Positions 43,090 through 64,000 of a stretch of 64,000 bases of DNA are shown one piece after another. Position numbers and translations under genes: made by a program. Position 1 is the stretch's first letter. Every line of letters begins with the position of its first letter. The DNA is from the human T2T-CHM13v2.0 reference genome, Homo sapiens. The stretch lies in the NCBI RefSeq assembly GCF_009914755.1, contig NC_060941.1. One strand, written 5' to 3'. The notes under the pieces are model-generated. The model saw only the letters and a program-made list of their open reading frames with translations. It did no database searches and was not told the DNA's origin.

Positions 43090-43350
43090 CACATTCCATA
43101 ACAATAGTCAACTCATACGAAAGCTCTGAGAAGCACTGTGTAAGCCCTTGAATCCATAAAATAATTTCATCCTCACAACATCCTATGAGGTAGGTTCTAT
43201 TTATATCCCCATTTTGTGAATGGAGAAACCAAGGTGCAGAGATTACCTTATTATTGTCTTATTATCTGCCACTCCGTATAGGTAACAGATCCAGGATTTA
43301 CCCCAGGCCATCTGGGCTCAGATCTATGTTCTTAACATCTACATGATACA
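43090..43350 (-). mobile_element. MIR in GIP intron 2 (other MIR-like fragments at ~7400-7540, ~21350-21490, ~23020-23114, ~38070-38220, ~53365-53500)
   Basis: MIR core catcctcacaaca.cctatgaggtagg...cccatttt...gaaac.aagg. Confidence 0.65.
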
Positions 43351-44520
43351 GGCCAGGCGCAGTGGCTCACGCCTGTAATCCTAGCACTTTGGGAGGTCCA
43401 AGCAGGTGGATCACGAGGTCAGGAGTTCAAGACCAGCATGGCCAAGATGGTGAAACCCCATCTCTACTAAAAATACAAAAGTTAGCCGGGCGTGGTGGCA
43501 GGTGCCTGTAATCCCAGCTGCTTGGGAGGCTAAAGCAGAGAATTGCTTGAACCCGGGAGGCGGAGGTTGCAGTGAGCCAAGATCGCGCCAGTGCACTCCA
43601 GCCTGGGCGAGAAAGTGAGACTCCAATTAAAAAAAAAAAAAAAAAGGGCCAGGCACAGGGATTACATGCCTTCAATCCCAGCGCTTTGGGAGGCCAAGGT
43701 GGATGGATCATCTAAGGTCAGGAGTTCGAGACCAGCCTGACCAACATAGTGAAACCCCATCTCTACTAAAAGTACAAAAATTAGCCGGGTGTGGTGGTGG
43801 GCACCTGTAATCCCAGCTACTCGGTAAGCTGAGGCAGGGAAAATTGCTTGAACCCAGGAGGCAGAGGTTGTAGTGAGCCGAGATTGTGCCACCACACTCC
43901 AGCCTAGGTGACAGAGCGAGACTCCATCCCCCCCCAAAAAAAAAGAAAAAGAAAAGAATAGAAAAAAAAAAGAATGCATTCATAAGCCTGGGTAACATGG
44001 CGAAACCTCATCTCTACAAAAAATTCAAAAACTAGCCGAGCGTGGTGGTACATGCCTGTGGTCCTAGCTGCTCGGGAGGCTGAGATGGGAAGATGCTTGA
44101 GCCTGGCAGGCAGAGGCTGCAGTGAGCTGCGATCACGCCACTGCACTCCAGCCTGGGCGACAGGGCAAGATCCTGTCTCAAAAAAAGAAAAAAGAAAAAA
44201 AGAAAAGAAAGAAGCAAACATGCATAAATGAATAAAACATTTATTGGGAAGGGAGATTCTGTCATCTTCGGACAATTAACCACCAGGAAGTCCCGCCAGA
44301 GATCTAACCATAGTCTCTCCCACTGTAACAGCAGCACACAATAAATCCTCTCTGGCTCAGTGCTCACTTTGCACTCACGCTGCCGGCAGGTATTTCCCTG
44401 GAGCTTCCTACCTCTTAGCCTGGATTCCTTCCCTTTCTCATCTCCCCCTAGAAACAAATCCAGAACCTGTCATCCCCTAACCCCTCCTCTGCCCCATCCC
44501 TTTCCTCTCACCACTCCTAC

Positions 44521-44606
44521 CTGAAGTGACCCTCTTTCTTCTCTCCTAGTCCCACTGCCAGGAACAGGGACAGCAGCAGCAGAGCAAAGGTCTTCGTGGC
44601 CACCAT
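44521..44606 (-). CDS. GIP: GIP exon 2 coding part, signal peptide (MVATKTFALLLLSLFLAVGLGEKKEGHF); exon extends to 44627
   Basis: ATG at 44606 in AAGATGG Kozak context, hydrophobic signal peptide, AG|gtagg donor. Confidence 0.96.
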
Positions 44607-44626
44607 CTTCCAAGGTTATTTCCTGA

Positions 44627-44998
<372 letters not shown>

Positions 44999-45104
44999 TA
45001 ACAGGCGTGAGCCATCGCGCCTTGCCAGTTTGGACCTTTTCTAAGAGCCTGGGGCAACACCATGGGGGAAGATGAGGGGTGCTGTGCACTGGAGTTAGTG
45101 ACTA

Positions 45105-45498
<394 letters not shown>

Positions 45499-45885
45499 TC
45501 ACCCGGGTTGGAGTGCAGTGACACAATCGTGGCTCACTGCAGCCTCGACCTCCTGGGCTCAGGCAAACCTTTCACTTCACCCTCCCGAGTACCTAGAACC
45601 GCAGGCATGTACCACCATGCCCAGCTAATTTTTTAAATTATGTGTAGAGATCGAGTTTCCCTCCATTGCCCAGGCTGGTCTTGAACTCCTGTGCTCAAAT
45701 GATCCTCCTACCTCGGCTCCCAAAGTATTGGGATTACAGGCATGAGGCACCGCACCTGACTATCTTCTCACATCTCATATAGAGGAAGAGAAAACTAAGA
45801 TGCCAGGGCTGCTGAGCATCTCAGGGTTGCCAAGATCCATCTGCTCTCGGGTCATCTCATCCATCCCTGTCTCCACTTCTCTTAC

Positions 45886-45963
45886 CAGACTTCCTTTCCA
45901 GCTCTTCCAGAAGAAGGACAGATAGGGGTCTCCTTCCCCTGATTTCTGGACCTTCTGAGCCTG
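45886..45963 (-). other. GIP: GIP non-coding exon 1
   Basis: CTG|gtaaga donor at 45886/45885. Start estimated about 25-30 nt downstream of the TATA box. Confidence 0.85.
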
Positions 45964-46160
45964 CTGAAGAAATCATGCCCCAGCTCCTTTATATTAGGCA
46001 TAGACCTGCTGATTAGCCTAAAAGCATCTTATCTCAAGAAATTAAGCCCACAGCTCCTGCCACATTAAGTCCATTTTACACATAATAGAGTTGCCCTTTC
46101 CACCTGAACTGTGCTAATTGGTGATTAACATTTGGCTATCTCCAGCTGCTGTCTGGGGCC
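45964..46160 (-). promoter_or_regulatory. GIP: GIP proximal promoter: TATA box, GATA sites, homeodomain TAAT sites, E-box
   Basis: TATAAA 45993-45988, AGATAA 46034-46029, TTAATCACCAATTAG 46128-46114, AGATAG 46141-46136, CAGCTG 46143-46148. Consistent with established GATA4/PDX1/ISL1 control of GIP. Confidence 0.8.
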
Positions 46161-46698
46161 TGCCTGTGGGTAGGGTACCCTAAGTACCCCCTTTTTTCTT
46201 CCTCCTCCTCCCTTCTGGGCACAGGGCCCACTACTATTCTTCTATGCCCTACTTCCTTTACAGTTGCCCTCAGTTAGAAGGGGTACTTGTAGGCCAGGCG
46301 CGATGAATCACGTCTGTAATCCCAGCGCTTGGGAGGACGACACGGGCGGATCACCTGAGGTCAGGGGTTCGAGACCAGCCTGGCCAACATGGTGAAACCC
46401 AGTCTCTACTAAAAATACAAAAATTAGCTGGGCATGGTCGTGCACGGCTGTAATCCCAGCTACTTGGGAGGTTGAGGCAAGAGAATCACTTGAACCTGGG
46501 AGGCAGAAGTTACAGTGAGCCAAGATCGAGTTCACTGCACTCCAGCATGGGCAACAAAGAGAGACTCTCTCAAAAAAGAAAAAAAGAAAAGAAAAAAGAA
46601 AGGGGGCCGGGCGCAGTGACTCACGCCTGTAATCCCAGCACTTTGGGAGGCCGAGGCGGGTGGATCACGAGGTCACGAGATCGAGACCATCCTGGCTA

Positions 46699-47079
<381 letters not shown>

Positions 47080-49411
47080 TCAAAAAATAAAAATAAAAAT
47101 AAAAAAGGGTACTTGTAGTGAGGACAGACTTGGGGTAGGGTGGCACTAACTGGCAGGGGGACACTCCCACAAGGCAACAGGCTACTTCTGGGTGGGAGAG
47201 AGTAGGTCCACAGTCATCTGAATCCCAGCTCTGGACAGTGGCCTATGGCTTTGGTGATGTGGCAATGCCCCCATCACATTATCTAGAGAGGTGTCCCAAG
47301 GGCTCAATGTTGAGGGAATATGAAGGATCGGGGTTTCCTAGGGACAGCTGGATAAACTGAGAACATACATTCAAGCTGTCTTCCTGCTCAGGGGCAGGAT
47401 AAAGCAGGAGAAAGAGACATGTTTGTACCTCAGGGGCTCACAGGAGGGTGGGGTAGTTACAACTTTATCTATAGAGATTTAGGAGCCCCTCTCCTCATAT
47501 GTCCTACTGTCCTGTACAAGAGAAGTATGTCATCCTGTCTCTTCTATCAGAGTGAAGACCCTGGAGTTACGCTGTGCCTCTCTATTATACAGGAGCCACT
47601 CCAGGGCAGGGGCTTTCTGTCCCTGATCTGCCTGGGAGCTCTCTGAGAGGAGGAGGAGAGCTGGAGGCGATGTTCCCCCAGCACACTGAGGCTTTCTGAG
47701 GCTAAGGGCTGTGTCTCCCCCTCAGACTGGAGACTCCTTGGGATACTCCCTTTGCCTTTCTCCAAGTACTTAGCACATGGCTCTGTCCACAGGGGCTCTC
47801 AGTCTAGAAGGGGCAGGGCACAGATTGCATTTTTGGCAGACCTCCAAGGCGTTCTTTCCAGGCTCCTCCTCTGCCGCCGCCATGGGTACTTGGGACCATA
47901 AACAGCCAAGCTCATGCTCTGCCTATCAGCTCCAGGTCCTAATAAAGGCCACCTTCCTTTCCAGGTGAACACCCTAGCCTAGGAGCAGATCCAGCATGAA
48001 ATTAAGTGTGCGTGTGGGATGAGAGGTACCTGGACTAGCAGGGTCACTTACCTCTGCCTCCTGGAAACCTCCTCTGCATACCCACCCATTCTCCACCATC
48101 TAGAAAAACTCCTCCCTTAGCAAGCTCTCCAAATTCCATCTCCCAGCTACCAATGGGCAGAGATTAGACGTCGATTCAGATTTGACCTCCAAGGGAGATG
48201 TGAGGGCTGCTTGTGATCTTGTTTTCTGCTGAGCAACACAGTTAATGAGCTCAGAAGGGCTTGTGTTCAAATCTGCCTCCTGCCTGGAGGCAACAGTATC
48301 CAAGAAAAGTGGACAACATTCCCTGGGAACCCTGAGTCTGGGGCCAAATTGGAGTCAAGGAAGGCTCTGTGATGGGCTCTAGCAGCCATGAGCCCCTGCC
48401 TTGTACTCTGTGGATTTGTTTTGGGGGTGGGCTGCTCTGAAGGCCAATGTACTTCATTTTGTTTATTAATTTAGAGACGGAGTCTCACTCTGTCTCCTAA
48501 GCTGGAGTGCAGTGACACGATCTCAGCTCACTGCAACCTCCACCTCCGGTTCAAACAATTCTCCCGCCTCAGCCTCCCGAGTAGCTGGGATTACAGGCAA
48601 GAACCACCATGCCCGACTAATTTTTGTACTTTTAGTAGAGATGGGGTTTCACCATGTTGGCCAGGCTGGTCTTGAGCTCCTGACTTCAAGTGATCCGCCC
48701 GCTTCGGCCTCACAAAGTGCTGGGATTACAGGCGTGAGCCACCGTGACTGGCCAAGCAAGTGTACTTTAAGTCCCCACCCCACCCCCTTCTCTGCAGCCT
48801 CATCCCCATTTCTCTTTGATCTTTGGCCCTCATGCCCTGCAGTGCACAGACAAGAGAGAATATGTCCTGGACCCTGTAGGCAGGGAAGAGCAGGGCAGGC
48901 AGGAACAGGGAATGTGGGGAGGGCCCCCAAGCCTAGAGCTCCTGCTCAAGTCTGCAAGTTCCACACTCTCCAGAAGCAGCAGAATATGCGAGGAGGGCCA
49001 GGGGAGATCAGAGATGAAGCCAAACTCCTAGGGGGTTCCACAGCTCCCCCAAAAGGCATATTGGGAGGCAGGAAATTGAAAAGATGACCCTGGGAAGTTT
49101 CTGAGGATTGGAAGAGCCTGCTGGACTTGATCAAAATCATTTAATAAATCCAACTGGCAGTTAAGCCAGCCTGTCCACACCATAAGGAGAAGCGCCCTGG
49201 TGTGCAGAGTTCTGTGCAGGTTTGGGGTTGGGGGTGGGGAGGAGGAGGCTCTGGAATTAGCAGAGCCTCCCTCTTCCCATTTCACTATGGAGAATTGCTA
49301 GCATGTGAGGGGTCAGAGAGGACACAGGGGATGGGGGTCAGGAGGACACCCCAACTAGCCCAACACCCACACAAGTTGAAAGAGTGTGTGGGGGCCCGGC
49401 ACAGTGGCTCA

Positions 49412-49672
<261 letters not shown>

Positions 49673-50561
49673 TTACAGGAGTTAGGTAATCAGGGGAGTG
49701 AGATTCAGAGAAGGGGTGATGGGCAGTGCCATCGCAAGAGAACCCTGGGTCCCATTTCCCAGCCCTTCCTGGGTTCTGACTGGGCCCTCAGGAATGAGAA
49801 CTGTAACAGCAGAAGAGCATCTGGGGTTTGCTTGCTCTTCCAGTCCCCACTGGTGACTCACCGCCACCCCCACCACCATCCCCATCCCCCTCGCTGGCGC
49901 AGACATTCTGGCCCAGCTCTGCAGCCAGGTCAGGGTGACTCAGAGGGCTGGCTGCTGCCTCCCCGCCGTGGACCCTGCTTTTGAAGTTCACTTAGTCTTC
50001 AAACTCACAGCTGACTGAGAAAGCCGACTTCCCTCTCTGGCTTCTCTCACACCAGTCAACAGATTTCTTCTTAGGCAGAGGAGGAAACAAGAGGTGACTT
50101 GATGCCCAACAACTTTGCCAAGTCCTCCGGTCTATCCTGATGCTTAGAGGGACTATCTCCAGCTTTTCCCCACAGTCACATCACACACACAGTCATGCTC
50201 CCAAACATTTTTGCCGACAGCATTTCCCTTAGGTCCTGATAGATACTTTCCAGAGGGGTCTTCAAGAAGAATATATGGCCGGGCACAGTGGTTCCCGCCT
50301 GTAATCCCAGCACTTTGGGAGGCCTGGGCGAACGGATCACTTGAGGTCATGAATTTGAGACCAGCCCAGCCAACATGGTGAAATACCATCTCCACTAAAA
50401 ATACAAAAATTAGCTAGGTATGGTGGCAGGCGCCTGTAATCCCAGCTGCTTGGGAGGCTGAGACAGGAGAATCACTTGAACCCAGTGGGCAGAGGAGGTT
50501 GCAGTGAGCCGAGATCGTGCCACTGCCCTCCAGCCTGGATGACAGAGTGAAAGTACGTCTC

Positions 50562-50592
<31 letters not shown>

Positions 50593-50996
50593 ATATGCTA
50601 TCTATAGCCTTTATGGCCATCTGCTACAAGCAGTTTGAAGCAGTTTGGAAGTCCTCTCCCAGTTCTAACCCCAATCCCTCTTGCTGTTTTCAAAGGCTTT
50701 TGTTTGTCGGGAAAAGAGCTCAAGCTCTTAGTAGTTGCTGCCTAATCCGTGGGAGGAGGGCTGCAGTGAAGAGTTGGAATGGGAGAAGATGGCTACAAGG
50801 TCCTCACTTCCAAGGAGTCCTGCTGGAGGGAAAAAATTGATTGTGTATTTAGGATAAAAGGCCAAAGGGGGCCAGGCACGATGGCTCACGCCTGTAATCC
50901 CAGCACTTTGGGAGGCCAAGGCGGCCGGATCACGAGGTCAGGAGTTTGAGACCAGCCTGGCCAACATAGTGAAACCCTGTCTCTAGTAAAAATTCA

Positions 50997-51113
<117 letters not shown>

Positions 51114-53544
51114 TCACTCCAGCCTGGGCAACAGAACGAGACTCTGTCTAAAAAGAAAAAAGAAAAAAAGAAAAAGAAAAAGAAAAGGGCTGGGCCTCCC
51201 TGAAAGAGCAGAATTCCTGAGCTCCTCTGTTTTTCTGCTAGGGGTACATCCCAGAGAAAGGAAGACAGTGGTGAGAAGGGAGGGTTTTCTCTTCCTTTTC
51301 CTTGTGTGGGGGCATGAAGGATGGAGCAGTTTCCAGAGTCCCCAGTGGAACCTCCCCCACCCTTGCGCCCCCTCCTGCCCCTGGTATCCGAGTCCTGCAA
51401 TGGGTGAGTGTGTGGGTGGGGCTTCTGCAACTTCGGAAAACATATACCTCCTTAATTAGATTAAGGAGCAGCTTGGTGGGCAGAGAGAGAGGATTAGACT
51501 GGAGTTCAAGCCCCAGCTCCACCTGTCCCCACTACCAAGGTTATGTTTGGCTTTGGGCAAAGCTCTTAACCACTCTGAGGCTTAACTCACTTGCCCATTT
51601 CTAAACTGGACATAAGAACAAAACTTTCCCAGCTTACCTTACTGTTAACTTGAAGGTATCCTGCTAGTGTTGGCTGGCAGTATTCTCTGCAATGATCTCC
51701 CCTGCATCACTCTATGCTGAAAATCATCATTATTTTTTAAATTATTGATTTTTATTTTTAATTTAGGGTCTTCTCACTCTGTCACCCAGGCTAGAGTGTA
51801 GTGGCACAATCACAGCTCACTGGCCGGGCATGGTGGCTCATGCCTGTAATTCTAGCACTTTGGGAGGCCAAGGTGGGAGGAACACTTGAGGTCAGGAGTT
51901 CGAGACCAGCCAGGCCAACATGGTGAAATCCCATTTCTACTAAAATTACAAAAATTAGCCGGGTGTGGTGGCACACACCTGTAATCCCAGCTACTCAGGA
52001 GGCTGAGACAGGAGAATCGCCTGAATCCGGGAGGTGGAGGTTGCAGCGAGCCTAGATTGTGCCATTGCCCTCCAGCCTGGGGGACAAGAGCAAAACTCCG
52101 TCTCAAAAAATAAAAAATAAAAAATAAATCACAGCTCACTGTAGCCTGACCTCCTCCAACTCCTGAGTAGTTGGGATTACAGGCATGCACAACCATGCCT
52201 GGCTAATTTTATTTTATTTTGTTATTATTATTTTTTTGAGACAGAGTCTCCCTCTGTCACCAGGCTGGAGTGCAGTGGCGCGATCTCGGCTCACCGCAAC
52301 CTCCGCTCCTGGGTTCAAGAGATTCTCTTGCCTCAGCCTCCTGAGCAGCTGGACTACAGGTGAGTGCCACCTTGCCCAGGTAATTTTTGTATTTTTAGTA
52401 GAGACAGGGTTTCAGCATGTTGTTCAGGATGGTCTCGATCTCTTGACCTTGTGATCCACCCGCCTCAGCCTCCCAAAGTGCTGGAATTACAGGCATGAGC
52501 CACCACGCCCGGTCATTTTATTTTTTAAGTACAGATCTTGCTATGTTGCCCCAGGCTGGTTTTGACCTCCTGGGCTCAAGTAATCCTCCTGCCTTGGCTT
52601 CCCAAAGTGCTGAGACTAGAGGTGTGAGCCACTGTGCTTGGGCTATGGAGAAAATTAAATACAGTGAATTAAGAAAGCCAGGCTGGGCCTGGTGCGGTGG
52701 CTCACGCCTGTAATCCCGGCACTTTGGGAGGCCAAGGCGGGTGGATCACGTGGTCAGGAGATCGAGACCATCCTGGCCAACATGGTGAAACCCTGTCTCT
52801 ACTAAAAATACAAAAAAATTAGTTGGGTGTGTTGGCATGTGCCTGTAGTCCCAGCTACTCGGGAGGCTGAGGCAGGATAATTGTTTGAACCCTGGAGGCG
52901 GAGGTTTCAGTGGGCTGAGATCACGCAGTTGCACTCCAGCCTGGCAACAGAGAGAGACTCTGTCTCAAAAAAAAAAAAAAAAGAAAGAAAGAAAGCCAGG
53001 CTGAGGCCAGGTGCACTGGCTCACGCCTGTAATCCCAGCACTTGGGAGGCTGAGGTGGGTGGATCACCTGAGGTCAGGAGTTCGAGACCAGCCTGGCCAA
53101 CATGGTGAAACCCCATCTCTACTAAAAATACAAAAATTAGCTGGGCGTGGTGGCGGGTGCCTGTAATTCCAGCTACTTGGGAGGCTGAGGCTGGAGAATC
53201 GCTTAACTCTCCAGCCTCCAGCCTGGGCAATAAGAGCAAAACTCTGTCTCAAATAAAATAAAATAAAATAAAATGAAAGAAAGAAAGAAAAAGAAAAGAA
53301 AGCCAGGCTGACATCCCAGCACCTGGGGCATGATGGAAGGTTATGAAAGTCCATATTAGGAGCAAGAGCTTTGGAGATAGACCCACTTATGCACTTATGC
53401 TTACGAGTAGGATAATTTATAGCAACTTGCTCCAGGGGGCACTTCAGTTTGCCTTTCTGTAAAATAGGAAATGTAATAGTTTCTACCTGGAAGGATTGAT
53501 TTGAGACACATGTATACTTAGAAGATGCATTATGTTACATTGTA

Positions 53545-54613
<1,069 letters not shown>

Positions 54614-54951
54614 TAGGCTGGTCTTGAACTCCCGACCTCAGGTGACCTGCCCTCCTTGGCCTCATAAAGTGTTGGCATTACAGGCATTAGCCACTGCGCC
54701 CAGCCCAACATTGTTATTATTACAGAAGATGCTCAGTTCATTGAGCATTTCTTTTCATCATCATCAACTTTAGCTATTTCATTAGTTTATTTTGTTTTGC
54801 TTTAGAGACAGGGTCTTAATCTGTCCCCCAGGCTGGAGTGAAGTGGCATAATCATAGCTCATCTCCTGGGCTCAAGTGATGCCCCTGCCCCAACCTTCCA
54901 AGGAGCTGAGACTACAAGTGTACACCACCATGCTCTGCTAATTAAAAACAT

Positions 54952-54980
54952 TGTGCGTGTGTGTGTGTGTGTGTGTGTGT
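54952..54980. repeat. (TG)n microsatellite
   Basis: Directly visible tandem repeat. Confidence 0.85.
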
Positions 54981-55246
54981 CACATGCCTGTGGTCCCAGC
55001 TACTTGCAAGGCTGAGGTAAGAGGATTGCTTGAACCCAGGAGGTTGACTCTGCAGTGCATGCCACTGTGCTCCAGCGTAGGCGACACAGTGAGACCCTGT
55101 CTCAAAACAAAGAATAAAACAAAAACCGGCTGGGCGTGGTGGCTCATGCCTGTAATCCCAGCACTTTGGGAGGCCGAGGTGGGCGGATCACGAGGTCAGG
55201 AGATTGAGACCATCCTGGCTAACACAGTGAAACCCCATTTCTACTA

Positions 55247-55453
<207 letters not shown>

Positions 55454-55634
55454 TTATGCCTGTAATCCCAGCACTTTCAGAGGCTGAGGCAGGTGGATTG
55501 CTTGAGCTCAGGAGTTACAGAGGAGCCTGGGCAGCATAGCAAAACCCACCTCTAAAAAAATACAAAAAAAATTAGCGGGGCACGGTGGCACACAACTGTA
55601 GTTCCAGCTACTTGGGAGCTGAGAAAAAAAAAAG

Positions 55635-57100
<1,466 letters not shown>

Positions 57101-57549
57101 CTTTATTTTTGTTTATTTATTTATTTATTTTTTTGAGACAGAGTTTTGCTCTTGTTGCCCAGGCTGGAGCACAATGGCGTGATCTCGGCTCACTCTCTGC
57201 CTCTGATTCTCCTGCCTCAGCCTCCCGAGTAGCTGGGATTACAGGCATGAGCCACCATGCCCGGCTAATTTTGTATTTTTGGTAGAGATGGGATTTCTCC
57301 ATGTTGGTCAGGCTGGTCTCGAACTCCTGACCTCAGGTGATCTGCCTGCCTCGGCCTCCCAAAGCGCTGGGATTACAGGTGTGAGCCACAGCACCCGGCC
57401 ACACCAGGCTAATTTTTGTATATTTCGTAGAGAGGGGTTTTTGACATGTTGGCCAGACAGGTCTCAAACTCCTGATCTCAGGTGATCTGCCCACCTCGGC
57501 CTCCCAAAGTGTTGGGATTACAGGCGTGAGCCACTGTGCCCAGCAGACC

Positions 57550-60745
<3,196 letters not shown>

Positions 60746-60763
60746 GATTTTTTTTTTTTTTGA

Positions 60764-60922
<159 letters not shown>

Positions 60923-61077
60923 TAGTAGAGACCGGGTTTCTCCATGTTGGTCAGGCTGGTCTCGAACTCCCGACCTCAGATGATCCATCCGCCTCGGCCT
61001 CCCAAAGTGCTGGGATTACAGGCATGAGCCACCGCGCCCGGACTGCATTGGATTTTTAAATGCTTCAAAGGTCATGA

Positions 61078-61580
<503 letters not shown>

Positions 61581-61656
61581 TAGGGGACTGGGAAAGCTGA
61601 TCCTGGTCCTGAATAACATCTCTTAATTCCTAAGGTCCCTAGATTCGGAGCTCTAG

Positions 61657-62025
<369 letters not shown>

Positions 62026-62036
62026 TGAACTCCTGA

Positions 62037-62339
<303 letters not shown>

Positions 62340-62927
62340 TGATCCACCCACCTCGGCCTCCCAAAGTGCTGGGATTACAGGCGTGAGCTACAGTGCCCGG
62401 CCTTTTTTTCTTTTTAGAGATGAGGTCTCCCTTTGTTGCCCAGGCTGGAGTGCAGTGCAGCGATCATAGCTTAGTGCAGCCTCAACTTCCTGGGCTCCAG
62501 AGATCTTCCTGCCTCAGCCTTCCTAGTAGCTGGGTCTATAGACACGGGCCACCACACCCGGCTTTTTTGACTTTTAGTAGAGATGAGATCTCTGCTATGT
62601 TGCCCAGGCTCGAATCAAACTCCTGGGCTCAAATGATCCTCCTGCCTTGGCCTCCCGAAATACTGGGGTTACAGGCATTAGCCACAATGCCTGGCTGTAC
62701 AAACTCTTGCCATTTATGCAGGGCAAAAGCCCTGCTCTACACAATTATAACAGGCATAATTTGTTATTACTTGATCAATGGAATTTTTTGATAGGCAACA
62801 TTTTTCAAAACATTGGGCTCATGAAGAAATAATAAAAGAAATGCTAGGTGATGAAAATAATGGAAACGACTTGCTTAGATAAATGAAGCAATATGACCAG
62901 ACACAGTGGCTCATGCCTGTAATCCTA

Positions 62928-63275
<348 letters not shown>

Positions 63276-64000
63276 TCAGACTGATGAGGAGAAACTCTCA
63301 GACTGATGAGGGCTTCATGCTTAGAGGTTTCCAGTGAATGCAAATGAAATGCTCTAGCTTGGCAGTGGAAAGGAGCAACGCGTCTGCCGGATCCAGGACA
63401 GACGGGCAAGGTGTGAATCTGAGTGCTTACTCGCTGCTGTTTACCATGGTGGTCCTAAGTTTCAGCACATGCCCTCTCAATTTATTATGAATACATGTAT
63501 AATTAATCAGACTTTTAGCTAAAGTCAGTCCACATCCATGATTGATCAGGGTGTGTTGCAGCTAACCCTCAATGCTTGCTGGTTGCTAATTAATGGAAGA
63601 ATTTCTGGTGGCATCAAATCTTGGGGCAGGAGATCATCCAAAACTATTCCCCATTTGGTTTACACAGGTATTCTGGGATGATTCATTCAAATATTTCAAA
63701 TATTCATTTGACTTTTTAATAATTTGCTATGTAAAAATATAATACACACAATCTAGAAATGTTGAAAAATATGAGTTAAGAGGAAGAGAAACACACAGCG
63801 GGGAAAGAAAGAGAACATTCGTGTTCTCAAAGCCAAAGAGAATCACTGTTAACAATTTCTTCCTAGACTTTTTGTTATTTCAATTAGTTTTTTTTTTTTT
63901 TTTTTTTTTTGAGACAGAGTCTGGCTCTGCCACCCAGGCTGGAGTGCAATGGCTTGAGTTCAGCTCACTGCAACCTCCACCTCCCGGGCTCAAGCGATTC

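Overview
Primate, very likely human, genomic DNA matching the chr17q21.32 UBE2Z-SNF8-GIP locus, recognised from the translated exons. It holds the last two exons and 3' UTR of UBE2Z (+), the complete 8-exon SNF8 gene (-; ESCRT-II subunit, exons splice to 258 aa) with its CpG-island promoter, and the complete 6-exon GIP gene (-; exons splice to the 153-aa preprohormone, Ser103 allele) with its TATA promoter. About half the window is Alu, often nested, and nearly all ORFs in the supplied track are Alu artefacts. Other elements: U1 and U13 retrocopies, two ERV1-type LTR+PBS remnants, MLT1, L1, L2 and MIR relics, a hAT MITE, and a 40-bp VNTR in GIP intron 5. I found no new gene system. The most unusual structure is a very recent Alu-Alu-mediated templated insertion in SNF8 intron 3, where about 330 bp copied from 6.8 kb away is bracketed by a 93-bp duplication of the host Alu. 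Next are a sense-oriented ERV 5' LTR with a perfect tRNA-Arg PBS upstream of SNF8, and Alu-derived and Alu-displaced regulatory motifs upstream of GIP. Repeat family names come from recalled consensus similarity, not from a database search.
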